A stretch of DNA of 64,000 nucleotides from Candidatus Saccharimonadota bacterium (GCA_019352195.1 JACAFG010000007.1:10046-74045), one strand, 5' to 3'. Counted from the first letter of the stretch, positions 48,182-59,468 are shown. The notes: a model not told the origin generated them from the letters alone. Translations and numbers: made by a program.

Positions 48182-48575
48182 ATGAAGCGCAAGAGTCTGA
48201 TCGCGAGCGCCACGGCCATCAGCTTGGCCACCATGCTCACGCTCTCTGCCTGCACCTCCGACGACCCTGAACCGTCCTCTGACAATTCGAGTTCGTCCAA
48301 CAACCTTCTACGACACCACGCTCGGGGATCTGGCCGTCGGTCAGTCGGGCTGCATTGTCTATCCGCCGGCCACGGGGCCCACCCCTCTCGGGAGCGACTC
48401 CACCAACACTGGCGACGATCTGAGCGCCTCTGACGCCAAAGTCGACGTCATCGTCCGGACGTCGTCCGGCTGGAAAGTCTGGCCGGCCACCACGGCCTAC
48501 GACACGAGTCGCACCCTGGCCGACGAGAATCAGGGTGCCACGATCACCGTCGCCAAGTTCAGCCCCGCGGCCTAG
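48182..48575 (+). pseudogene. frameshifted lipoprotein gene in a high-GC insert
   Basis: lipoprotein signal peptide/lipobox (LTLSAC) in frame 2 from ATG 48182; after the Ser run near 48295 the protein-like sequence continues in frame 0 to TAG 48575. Confidence 0.35.
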
Positions 48576-48667
48576 CCGCACCGGCGCCATCAATCCAGAT
48601 AGTAGCCAAGGCCCCATACATTCACTTGTCTGGGGCCGCTCTGCGTCTTGGGCCCATTGCCTGCTAA

Positions 48668-51214
<2,547 letters not shown>

Positions 51215-51262
51215 CGCTATCACCCAGACAATCAGGGTAACTCAAAGCTCCCATAATGTCCG

Positions 51263-51541
51263 TCAGTCTTGGGGCGGCTTGGCAGCTTTCGGCTTCACTT
51301 TCCCTCGATGAGTCAGGCGTTTAACGCGTTCGACATGCTTCTCGGCCCAAGCAAATTCCGACGCCAGCACCACGAGCCCCAAAAAGATGAACGGGGTGCC
51401 GGGAAACGGCAGCGGGATCAGTACTAAGCCGAAGATCACGAGCAGGAAGCCCACAATAAAAACGGCCGTTTGACGTAGCCGTTTCCAAATCTGTTTTAGC
51501 AGCTTAATCGGTCCATCCAGATAAAATGGATACCGCGTCAA
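51263..51541 (-). CDS. PGPGW-type small transmembrane protein
   Basis: 92 aa; LPFPGTPF loop between two TM helices. Confidence 0.45.
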   Translation of the reverse strand: MTRYPFYLDGPIKLLKQIWKRLRQTAVFIVGFLLVIFGLVLIPLPFPGTPFIFLGLVVLASEFAWAEKHVERVKRLTHRGKVKPKAAKPPQD

Positions 51542-51753
51542 TCGAGGCCCCGTCCCCGCGGTCGAAATGAAAACACGATGCCACTCAGCGCCAATAATAA
51601 TTGGGACCCCACAAACAACGTCAGAAAGATCGTCCCTACAAGCGGCGGCTTGCCGGGAGCTTCCATCAGTTTGACGAGCAATACCAGCTGCGCCGAGGCT
51701 ACAATTAAAAGCACCGCCGAATAGCCGAGAAGTTTAGGAAAAACCAGTTTCAT
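51538..51753 (-). CDS. small hypothetical membrane protein, translationally coupled to the PGPGW gene
   Basis: 71 aa, 2 TM helices; stop overlaps downstream start. Confidence 0.4.
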   Translation of the reverse strand: MKLVFPKLLGYSAVLLIVASAQLVLLVKLMEAPGKPPLVGTIFLTLFVGSQLLLALSGIVFSFRPRGRGLD

Positions 51754-51771
51754 GCGGCTATTATACAGCGT

Positions 51772-51804
51772 TACCCCGCCTGCACGGGGAGTGCAGGCGG
51801 GGTA
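51772..51804. terminator. perfect 14-bp palindrome (possible bidirectional terminator) at the edge of a high-GC insert
   Basis: TACCCCGCCTGCAC-GGGGA-GTGCAGGCGGGGTA. Confidence 0.45.
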
Positions 51805-51820
51805 ACGGTCAGGAACCGCG

Positions 51821-52393
51821 CTAGGACACGGCCAAACGCCGACGAGTCTGGCGTAGTGTTAGATTGTTTGCGGCCATCAACCCGCGGAGGGTGATGATGA
51901 CGTCGGCCGCCGCCCAGATCACCCTCCACTCGGTGGGCTTGAGCGCGGTCGGGTCGCCGGTCATGTCGTACACGGCTGTACGGTCGAAGGTCGCAGACAT
52001 CACCCGAAACACATTGGGCTGCTGCCGCTTCGATGTGCGCTCCGTAGAACACAGCGTGCACTTCTCGACGACGACGAAGCGTCGGTCTGCCCGCGCATTG
52101 CCGGACGGGCGGAACGACTTCGGGTAGCGGTGACCGCCGTTGGCGCGGCACTCGATTCCGAGGTAGTACTCCCCGATGATGGTTTCGAACATCATGCTCG
52201 TGAGTGTGGCGTAGTTGGTCGCCGGCGGGATGAAGATGTAGGCTCGGCGCTCGTGATCCGTGGCAGCTGCCTCGGAGATTGCTCCGGCCTTCACCAGAGC
52301 TTCCAGCATGCCCTCCACTTCGTTCAGATGCGGGATGATGCTGGCAACGCGACTGTCCGGGTTTGAGGTACGCTGGGACAAGGTACGGGACAA
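51821..52393 (-). CDS. hypothetical protein in high-GC insert
   Basis: 190-aa ORF in a roughly 650-bp stretch of much higher GC than its flanks. Confidence 0.4.
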   Translation of the reverse strand: MSRTLSQRTSNPDSRVASIIPHLNEVEGMLEALVKAGAISEAAATDHERRAYIFIPPATNYATLTSMMFETIIGEYYLGIECRANGGHRYPKSFRPSGNARADRRFVVVEKCTLCSTERTSKRQQPNVFRVMSATFDRTAVYDMTGDPTALKPTEWRVIWAAADVIITLRGLMAANNLTLRQTRRRLAVS

Positions 52394-52549
52394 AGGATTA
52401 CTCCTTGGGACGGTCGCCGAAGCGACAGGGGTGACTTCAGATCCGAACTACTCTACCACAAATACATACATAAAGCAATATGCAAATTAAAGCACAATCA
52501 ATTTGACCGCACGCGCAAACTGTCATAAGCTATAACAGTTCGCACAACT

Positions 52550-52693
52550 TAGTCATATCAAGAGCGCAGCGAGGGACCTAGCCCGTCGACCTGCCACCAA
52601 CCCCAGCACGAGCTGTACGGTGGTTCATCTAGCCCGCAAGGGGAGATATAACTGGCACTATGCCTATCTTCACGCGGGAGAAAGGCATTTTTT
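52550..52693 (+). promoter_or_regulatory. SAM-I (S-box) riboswitch with intrinsic terminator upstream of metK
   Basis: TATCAAGAGCGCAGCGAGGGACCTAGCCCGTCGACCTGCCACCAACC matches the S-box core (AUCAAGAG.GG.GAGGGAC.GGCCCGAUGA.ACC.GGCAACC); terminator ATGCCT...AGGCAT plus TTTTTT ends just before metK ATG. Confidence 0.7.
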
Positions 52694-52694
52694 A

Positions 52695-53834
52695 ATGTCA
52701 CACTCCACGTTTACGTCCGAATCAGTTTGCGCCGGTCATCCGGACAAAATCGCCGATCAAATAAGTGACGCCATTTTGGACGCCGTTTTAGCCGACGACC
52801 CAACAGGCCGTGTAGCCGTCGAAACGGCCGTCACCAAAGATCGCATCATTTTGTTTGGTGAACTCACCACCACCGCTCGTCTCGATTTTGTAGCACTTGC
52901 CCGCGCTAAAGTTCGCCAGCTGGGCTATACCCATCCAGAATGGGGCTTTAGCGATCAGTCGCCCGTCGAAGTCTATTTACAGCAACAGTCACCAGAAATT
53001 GCCCAAGGCGTCGACGACAATGGTGCCGGCGACCAGGGGATGATGTTTGGCTACGCCACGAATGAAACCGTGGAGCTATTGCCTCTGCCCATTGTGCTAG
53101 CTCACGCGCTCACGCGAGCTTTAGACGAAGTTCAAAGTACGACCCTCCCATACCTTCGTCCCGACGGCAAAGCCCAGGTCACCGTTATCTATGACCACGA
53201 TAAACCCATCGGCATCCAACAAGTTACCATCGCCAAACCCCATGACGAGTCCCAAACCCTCGAACACGTTAAATCAGACCTCTACAGACACGTTATCACC
53301 CCTGTACTAGCCCGCTACGGCCATAAAATCGCGGAGTCGCACATTATCGTCAATGGTACTGGCGTCTGGCATCACCCGGGACCAGCGGTCGACGCCGGAC
53401 TTACCGGCCGCAAAATCGTCGTCGACGGCTACGGTGGCTACGCGCGCGTTGGTGGCGGCGCCTTTAGCGGCAAAGATCCGTCCAAAGTCGACCGCTCCGG
53501 CGCCTATGCCGCGCGTTACCTGGCTAAACACATTGTCGCCGCTGGACTCGCCACGCGCGCCGAAGTCTCCTTGGCTTATTTCATTGGCGCTAAACAATCC
53601 GTCGCCACTGAAATTAATACCTTCGGGACCGGCACCGTCCCCGACGCCGACATTAAAGACTTTGCGGATCGTTTGCTTGACACCTCCGTTAAAGGTATCG
53701 TTACCGGCCTAAACTTGCTCCAACCGATTTATGCTGCCACCGCCGCCTACGGCCACTTTGGAAAGTCAGACTTACCCTGGGAACGTACGGCCAGCGCAAC
53801 CACCAATAATAACGCCGGTGCCAAAGCGAAATGA
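52695..53834 (+). CDS. metK: S-adenosylmethionine synthetase
   Basis: start at ATG 52695 (MSHSTF...); GHPDKIADQISDA, GAGDQGMMFGYA and downstream MetK motifs. Confidence 0.92.
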   Translation: MSHSTFTSESVCAGHPDKIADQISDAILDAVLADDPTGRVAVETAVTKDRIILFGELTTTARLDFVALARAKVRQLGYTHPEWGFSDQSPVEVYLQQQSPEIAQGVDDNGAGDQGMMFGYATNETVELLPLPIVLAHALTRALDEVQSTTLPYLRPDGKAQVTVIYDHDKPIGIQQVTIAKPHDESQTLEHVKSDLYRHVITPVLARYGHKIAESHIIVNGTGVWHHPGPAVDAGLTGRKIVVDGYGGYARVGGGAFSGKDPSKVDRSGAYAARYLAKHIVAAGLATRAEVSLAYFIGAKQSVATEINTFGTGTVPDADIKDFADRLLDTSVKGIVTGLNLLQPIYAATAAYGHFGKSDLPWERTASATTNNNAGAKAK

Positions 53835-53969
53835 TGTGCCTTAAGTCGTGGTAAAATGTCGACATAAGGCCCCTAACGAGGTGCGAAATGCGCTAGATAG
53901 TTTGTTCACCCAGTAAGTAAAACTCCGTAACATTTGTGCTGCCAGCATGAATGATCGAAAGAAGGGTCT

Positions 53970-54065
53970 ATGTCGAAAGATAAGGGTAAAAAAGAGGCTA
54001 AGAAGCCTAAACAGGCTAAGAAGCCAAAGATTATCACGAGCCTGCCGCCAACTACCGGCAAATAA
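53970..54065 (+). CDS. 31-aa Lys-rich small protein (MSKDKGKKEAKKPKQAKKPKIITSLPPTTGK)
   Basis: ATG with GAAAGAAGGG RBS-like sequence upstream; followed by a clean terminator hairpin at 54080-54104. Confidence 0.4.
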   Translation: MSKDKGKKEAKKPKQAKKPKIITSLPPTTGK

Positions 54066-54079
54066 CAGTCTCAAACCAT

Positions 54080-54108
54080 AAAGGCGCCGAATAGGCGCCT
54101 TTAAAGTA
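54080..54108 (+). terminator. rho-independent terminator after the small Lys-rich ORF
   Basis: aaaggcgcc-gaatag-gcgccttt hairpin followed by A/T run. Confidence 0.5.
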
Positions 54109-54172
54109 TCATCCTTAGGAAATGTTAATGTTCGGATTTTGTATGGCTCGATAGGTCTGATAACATTGAGCA

Positions 54173-54802
54173 ATGCTAGTTTTGATTGACGAGTCCGGCG
54201 ATCCCGGCTTCAAGATTACTAAAGGTTCAACACCTGTATTTATTATTACGGCTGTAATTTTTGATGATACCCTGATGGCAGAAAAAGTTGCGGTAGATCT
54301 AAAACTTCTGAAACGTGAGCTAAAACTACCTGATGATTATGAGTACCACTTCTATAACACTCGCCCGAGAATAAGGGAGGCTTTTCTTCGAAAGGCGGTT
54401 GAGGGAGACTTTAGAGTCCGGTCAATAGTAATGGATAAGTCAAAAATCACGAGCGATGAGTTCAAAAATAGCAAAAGCTCGTTCTACAACTACACGCTTA
54501 AATCACTACTGAAAGATCCAACGGCGCGAATCAACCAAGCATCAATAAAGTTGGATGGGCGAGGAGATAGAGAATACAAGCGTGCCGCCGGCACTTACCT
54601 TAGACGCGAACTAAATACAAAGACGAATCACATGATTATTAAATTTCGGTACGTTGATTCCAAAAATGATACTTTGATCCAACTCGCCGATATGGCGTCT
54701 GGCGCTATTTACCGCTCGTATCAAACTGATAAAACTGATTCTGCCCTATATCGGGGTATACTCACCCCAAAGATCGAAAACATCTGGGAATTCGGTATAT
54801 AA
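54173..54802 (+). CDS. DUF3800-family protein
   Basis: 209 aa; N-terminal LVLIDESGDPG and C-terminal LIQLADMASGAIYR match my recollection of the DUF3800 signature. Confidence 0.65.
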   Translation: MLVLIDESGDPGFKITKGSTPVFIITAVIFDDTLMAEKVAVDLKLLKRELKLPDDYEYHFYNTRPRIREAFLRKAVEGDFRVRSIVMDKSKITSDEFKNSKSSFYNYTLKSLLKDPTARINQASIKLDGRGDREYKRAAGTYLRRELNTKTNHMIIKFRYVDSKNDTLIQLADMASGAIYRSYQTDKTDSALYRGILTPKIENIWEFGI

Positions 54803-55072
54803 CAAAGCGATCCACTTTTCTATTCTGGTTGTCCCAGACACGCGCACCTTTACGGCGACAGTTCGAAAAGTGGATCATTTGTAATGCAATTATAGCACAA
54901 ATGTGTTACGAAATTATACGTTTTACCACAATCAGACTATGCCAGTTATGTAACGACTAAGCTTACACCATTCTTACTTGACCTAATACTAAGTTGCCAC
55001 CTATGGTCTTTGCTGATAGCCTGCAAGAGTTTGCGCCGTAATTTAGCGAGTCTTTTAGTATACTCATATCAT

Positions 55073-56365
55073 ATGAATACCATCAAATGCCCCAACTGCG
55101 GTCAAGCAATCGAGATTAGCGAAGCCCTTCAGGGCCAAATTGAAGCCCAAGTGCTGGCGGCTGAGCACGCCAAACACCAAACAGAGCTCGACCAAGTGCG
55201 GGCTGAGAGTGCCAGCGAAGCGAAGCGTGCCACGGAGGCTGCTAAAGTCGCCGCCCAGCGGCAGCTCGATGGGGAAAAGAAGCTGTTAGAAGAACAAGCG
55301 GCGGCCGATTTGGAGCTTGCCAAAACCCGCCTTCAGGCCGACATTGCCAATCAACAGCGTCAAAGCGCCGCCGAAAACGAGCTAGCGATTAAACGCGCTC
55401 AAGATGACGCCGCGGCCGAAAAACTAGCCAGCAGTAAACTGCGCGACCAGTTAAGCGAAATTATGACCGAATTACGCGCCGAACGTCAGGCCAAAGAAAA
55501 CGCCCAGCTCGAAGCCCAAAAAAAGCTCGCCGAAGACGAAAGCCAAATTCGCGAAACCGCCACGCGTGAAGCCGACGAACGGCACCGGCTCGATGAAGCG
55601 GCCAAAGACAAGCGCATCGCCGACATGCAGCGCGCCTTAGATGAAGCTCAGCGCAAAGGTGCTCAGGGCAGCCAGCAGCTGCAAGGCGAAATCATGGAGC
55701 TCGACTTCGAAGGCGCCTTGGCGACAGCCTTCCGCGACGATCTCGTTGAACCGATCGCCAAAGGGGTTCGCGGCGGTGATATTCGCCAAACCGTCCGCAG
55801 CGGGCAGGGCACCGTGTGCGGCGTCATGCTATGGGAGATTAAGCGCACTAAAAACTGGACCGAAGGCTGGATCGGTAAGCTTAAAGAAGATCTGCGAAGC
55901 GAAAAAGCCAATATCCCGATCATTGTCACCGAAGCCATGCCGAAAGACTCGGCGCAAGACATTATGAATCACGAAGGCGTTTGGATCTGTAAGCCGGCGT
56001 TAGCGGTCGTACTCGGCACTTTATTGCGCAAAAGCCTGCTCGATGTCGGTCGTCAAAAAGCCCTTGATGCCAATCGCACCACCAACGCCGAAGCGCTGTA
56101 TAACTTTGTAACGAGCCACGAGTTTGTCCAACAAATCGAAGTTATGGTCGAAACGTATCGGGACATGAACGAGCAAGTCACCAAAGAACGTGTCGCGTTT
56201 GAAAAACTATGGGCCCAGCGAGAAAAGCAGGCCCAACGATTATTGCTGGGGACAGCCAATATTATTGGTAGTATGCAGGGCCAAATTGGCCAAGCTTCGA
56301 TGCCCCGCATTAAAGGCCTAGAGTTGGGCGACGGTGAAGAATCTGACATTAGCCGGCTGATATAG
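55073..56365 (+). CDS. DUF2130-family protein: N-terminal zinc ribbon, long coiled coil, C-terminal PD-(D/E)xK-like (RmuC-like) domain
   Basis: start at ATG 55073 (MNTIKCPNCGQAIEISE...); central Ala/Glu/Gln/Arg-rich coiled coil; C-terminus with ELDFE...GDIRQ...LWEIKR resembling a restriction-endonuclease-fold motif. Confidence 0.65.
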   Translation: MNTIKCPNCGQAIEISEALQGQIEAQVLAAEHAKHQTELDQVRAESASEAKRATEAAKVAAQRQLDGEKKLLEEQAAADLELAKTRLQADIANQQRQSAAENELAIKRAQDDAAAEKLASSKLRDQLSEIMTELRAERQAKENAQLEAQKKLAEDESQIRETATREADERHRLDEAAKDKRIADMQRALDEAQRKGAQGSQQLQGEIMELDFEGALATAFRDDLVEPIAKGVRGGDIRQTVRSGQGTVCGVMLWEIKRTKNWTEGWIGKLKEDLRSEKANIPIIVTEAMPKDSAQDIMNHEGVWICKPALAVVLGTLLRKSLLDVGRQKALDANRTTNAEALYNFVTSHEFVQQIEVMVETYRDMNEQVTKERVAFEKLWAQREKQAQRLLLGTANIIGSMQGQIGQASMPRIKGLELGDGEESDISRLI

Positions 56366-56399
56366 TAGCTAGCCACATGTCCCACCAAAACTTGTTTTA

Positions 56400-56920
56400 A
56401 CCCCAATACTCAGCGATAATAACCAGGCGCGACTGTAGTACGACCATGACAGTCGGCCGGATTAAGCAGCGCCGTAGGAGGCTGCTCGTTGCCCCAAGTG
56501 GGCTCGTGATGCCCTAGCCAGGCCCTTCACCGCTTTTAACGTAAGAACTGGTTCATGTCTCCCGCTCAAGCGATGACTAAAACCGCCGAAAGTTGGCTTC
56601 GGGACGCTCACCCGAGCACCATCGCACTACAATCTGAGGTTCGATGAGCCTGTACCCACCTCAGACTTGCTCGCAGCGACACGGTAGTCCGTTCGTGTGT
56701 TGCGGCAAACACGGGTTACCAGGCCTAGACAGCCAGAAGGGTGGCGTAGAAGCCGCCATCCTCCAAGGAGTGCACAATAGCTCACTGGCCGAGCCGAACC
56801 AACCCGCCGGTGGGGGTGGTCATTTGGCCACCCCCACCACCCCATTTGCGACCCCAGCCTCACCGGCTCGGGTCGCTCTTCATTTTGAACGGCGAGCCCG
56901 AGCCTGTATGATAGAATCCT
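56400..56920. other. 520-bp highly structured non-coding region (candidate large ncRNA, family unassigned)
   Basis: no convincing ORF in any frame; several perfect hairpins (11-bp stem 56809-56838; 12-bp stem 56865-56904; 8-bp stem 56631-56665); GC about 60%. Confidence 0.3.
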
Positions 56921-56921
56921 C

Positions 56922-57770
56922 ATGAACTACACCGTCTTGTTGTATTACAACTACGTCACGTTGCCCGATCCCGAAGCCGAACGGGTGTGGCAGCGTCAGC
57001 TCTGCGAACAACTAGACCTCAAGGGGCGGATCTTGCTCGCCACCGAAGGCATCAACGGCACCGTCGCCGGATCAAAATCGGCCACTGACGACTATATGGC
57101 AGCGATGGCTAGTCACGCTCAGTTCGCCACGACCGAGTTTAAAATTGATACCTATGACAAAATGCCGTTCCCACGGCTTTCAATCAAAGTGCGACCTGAA
57201 ATTGTCACCTTAGGCGTTAACGTCGACCCGGCCGCAACCGCGCCCAAACTCACCGCCGAACAGTTTAACGAGCTGATTACCGACCCCAACATGGTCTTAT
57301 TCGATGCCCGCAATAATTACGAATCGGCCATCGGCAAATTTAAAGGCGCTCTGACGCCCGATATTAGTCTGTTTAAAGACTTTCCCGAAGCGCTCGACGA
57401 CTACGAAGACCTCAAAGATAAAACTATTATTACCTACTGCACGGGCGGAATTCGCTGCGAAAAAGCTTCCGCGCTGATGCTACAACGCGGTTTTAGTAAG
57501 GTTTATCAGCTCGACGGGGGCATTATTAAGTACGCCCAGAAATACCCCGAGGGCGCGTTTGAAGGCAATTGCTTTGTTTTTGATGAGCGCATGAGCGTCG
57601 CCTTTAGCGATGATCCCGAGGTGCTGAGCAACTGTGTGTTTTGCGAGGCCCCAACCAGCCATTATCAAAACTGCGCTAACCCACGATGCCACAAGCTCAT
57701 GCTTGTCTGCGAAGACTGCACCCAGACCACCAAAACTTGTAGCCAAATCTGCGCTAACATCTTGGTTTGA
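56922..57770 (+). CDS. trhO: rhodanese-domain protein, TrhO/YceA family (tRNA U34 hydroxylase)
   Basis: 282 aa; UPF0176 N-terminal domain, rhodanese Cys loop (YCTGGIRCEKA), C-terminal Cys-rich zinc ribbon. Confidence 0.75.
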   Translation: MNYTVLLYYNYVTLPDPEAERVWQRQLCEQLDLKGRILLATEGINGTVAGSKSATDDYMAAMASHAQFATTEFKIDTYDKMPFPRLSIKVRPEIVTLGVNVDPAATAPKLTAEQFNELITDPNMVLFDARNNYESAIGKFKGALTPDISLFKDFPEALDDYEDLKDKTIITYCTGGIRCEKASALMLQRGFSKVYQLDGGIIKYAQKYPEGAFEGNCFVFDERMSVAFSDDPEVLSNCVFCEAPTSHYQNCANPRCHKLMLVCEDCTQTTKTCSQICANILV

Positions 57771-57808
57771 TAATGCCCCAGGGTCATTACTAAGCTCACA
57801 AGGATGAA

Positions 57809-58714
57809 ATGAAGCCACGAGCGACATTAAGCCCAGCCCTCCAGCCTAAACCGCCGTGGTCGCTGGCCTTTGAGGCGATTGGTACGACTTGGCAGATTAA
57901 GCTTTATGACGACGTGCCCGGCGAAGCGGGCGCCACGCTAACAGCCGCCATTCATCGGCGAATCAAAGCTTTCGACCAGGTGTATTCCCGCTTTCGTACC
58001 GATTCCATCGTCACGGCCATGGCAACGCGAGCCGGGACCTACACCCTGCCTCCTGATGCCGACGCCTTAATCAAGCTCTACCATGAACTCTATGTCGTAA
58101 CCAATGGCGCCATGACCCCGCTCATCGGACAATCACTTGTTGAGGCCGGCTACGATGCCAATTATTCGCTCCAACCCGGACAGCTCCATGAACTGCCAAC
58201 TTGGGACGAAACGCTCAGCTGGCAGGCACCCAAGCTGACTCTTAAACAACCGGCCTGGCTGGATTTTGGCGCCGCTGGCAAAGGCTATTTGGTCGACCTC
58301 GTGTCCGAAGTAATCGAGTCGGCCGGCTACCACCGTTACAGCGTTGATGCTGGCGGAGATATCAAAATTCATACCAAGAACAACCTTAAAGTTGGCCTCG
58401 AACATCCTGACGATCCAACCCAAATTATTGGCGTCGCTAGCCTTTCTAACGCCAGTTTATGCGGCTCGGCTGGCAACCGCCGGGCGTGGGCCAGTTTTCA
58501 TCACATTATCGATCCCAGAACGCTGGCCTCGCCACGCCATTTACGCGCCGTTTGGGTAAGCGCTGCTTCAACCATCTTAGCTGACGCCCTCACCACGGCC
58601 CTTTATATGGCCCCAGCCAGCCTGCTTAAACCACAGTTTGAATTCGAGTTCTGCCTTATTTATGACGATTACCACCGTGAATCATCAGATGGTTTTCCCG
58701 CCAAATTCTTTTAG
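57809..58714 (+). CDS. apbE: FAD:protein FMN transferase (ApbE family), second paralog
   Basis: 301 aa; LDFGAAGKGYLVDL and GGDIKIH ApbE motifs. Confidence 0.8.
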   Translation: MKPRATLSPALQPKPPWSLAFEAIGTTWQIKLYDDVPGEAGATLTAAIHRRIKAFDQVYSRFRTDSIVTAMATRAGTYTLPPDADALIKLYHELYVVTNGAMTPLIGQSLVEAGYDANYSLQPGQLHELPTWDETLSWQAPKLTLKQPAWLDFGAAGKGYLVDLVSEVIESAGYHRYSVDAGGDIKIHTKNNLKVGLEHPDDPTQIIGVASLSNASLCGSAGNRRAWASFHHIIDPRTLASPRHLRAVWVSAASTILADALTTALYMAPASLLKPQFEFEFCLIYDDYHRESSDGFPAKFF

Positions 58715-58779
58715 TTAACACGAAACGTCCCCAGCTCATGCAACTTCGCACGAGCCAGGGACGATTGAGATCGGTGGAA

Positions 58780-59361
58780 TCAGGCGGCAACGCCAGCAGC
58801 CGCGTCGGGCAGGTCAGGAACGAGGCGGATGTGGCCCCGCGTGTCAGCCGCATCGGCCGGCGGATCGGGGACGAGCTCCAGCTGGGGCGCTGGGGCGGGG
58901 GATCCGGCCAGCTGGCCGGCTGGGTCAATGACGGCCAAGTGAGCGCCGACGAACTGCTCCAGTGTACCGGTCACCTCGGCCTGCAGCACTTGGCCGCCGA
59001 TGGACTTGATGAACGCCGGATCGAGGCCGAACAGACCGAGCCTCAGACCGTCGAACAGCTCGCGCAGTTCGGCTGGGGACAGGTAGTCGTCGGGCAAGGG
59101 GCCCCCGACGCGACACGTGGTACCCAGCTGGAGCCGGCCCACGCGCGACCACGAAGTCAATGCCAGGGTGAAGGTGCCCCACATGCCTCGGTCGAGGTCC
59201 CAGGACCACGGCGTGATCCCGACGAAACCGACCGGCTGCACTGACGGTTGTAACCGCTGTGCGGACAAATCCATTCCCTGCAACAGCGTATTGAGCTGGC
59301 AGAGAATGTCATGCTTATCTAGCGACATTGCCATCACTCCCAAGAGGCTTGGATGAATCAA
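58780..59361 (-). CDS. hypothetical protein in high-GC insert (strand/frame uncertain)
   Basis: 193-aa ORF with the most protein-like composition among three overlapping frames in a roughly 630-bp ~65% GC stretch. Confidence 0.3.
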   Translation of the reverse strand: MIHPSLLGVMAMSLDKHDILCQLNTLLQGMDLSAQRLQPSVQPVGFVGITPWSWDLDRGMWGTFTLALTSWSRVGRLQLGTTCRVGGPLPDDYLSPAELRELFDGLRLGLFGLDPAFIKSIGGQVLQAEVTGTLEQFVGAHLAVIDPAGQLAGSPAPAPQLELVPDPPADAADTRGHIRLVPDLPDAAAGVAA

Positions 59362-59468
59362 TGAACACGTAACAGTATTATCATTCTACCTATACCGCTT
59401 AGTGTCAAGCATAAGATGTATAAAATGCGTGACCTGCTATAATTAGTATAGTAATTGAGGCCAGTACC

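Noticed and set aside
53841-54173. 110-aa minus-strand ORF between metK and the DUF3800 gene
   Set aside because: Odd composition, no RBS. The same DNA carries a well-formed plus-strand micro-ORF with terminator (53970-54065).
56400-56920. Calling the structured region RNase P RNA or tmRNA
   Set aside because: I could not find the P4/CR-I GGAAAGUCC or CR-II/III AGGGUGAAA RNase P motifs, nor the tRNA-like 5' GGGG.../3' ...CCACCA ends of tmRNA. Left as an unassigned ncRNA candidate.
58738-59244. 168-aa plus-strand ORF and 94-aa minus ORF (58925-59209) in the last high-GC insert
   Set aside because: Gly/Arg-rich alternative frames. Only one frame can be real, and I kept the minus-strand 193-aa ORF at low confidence.
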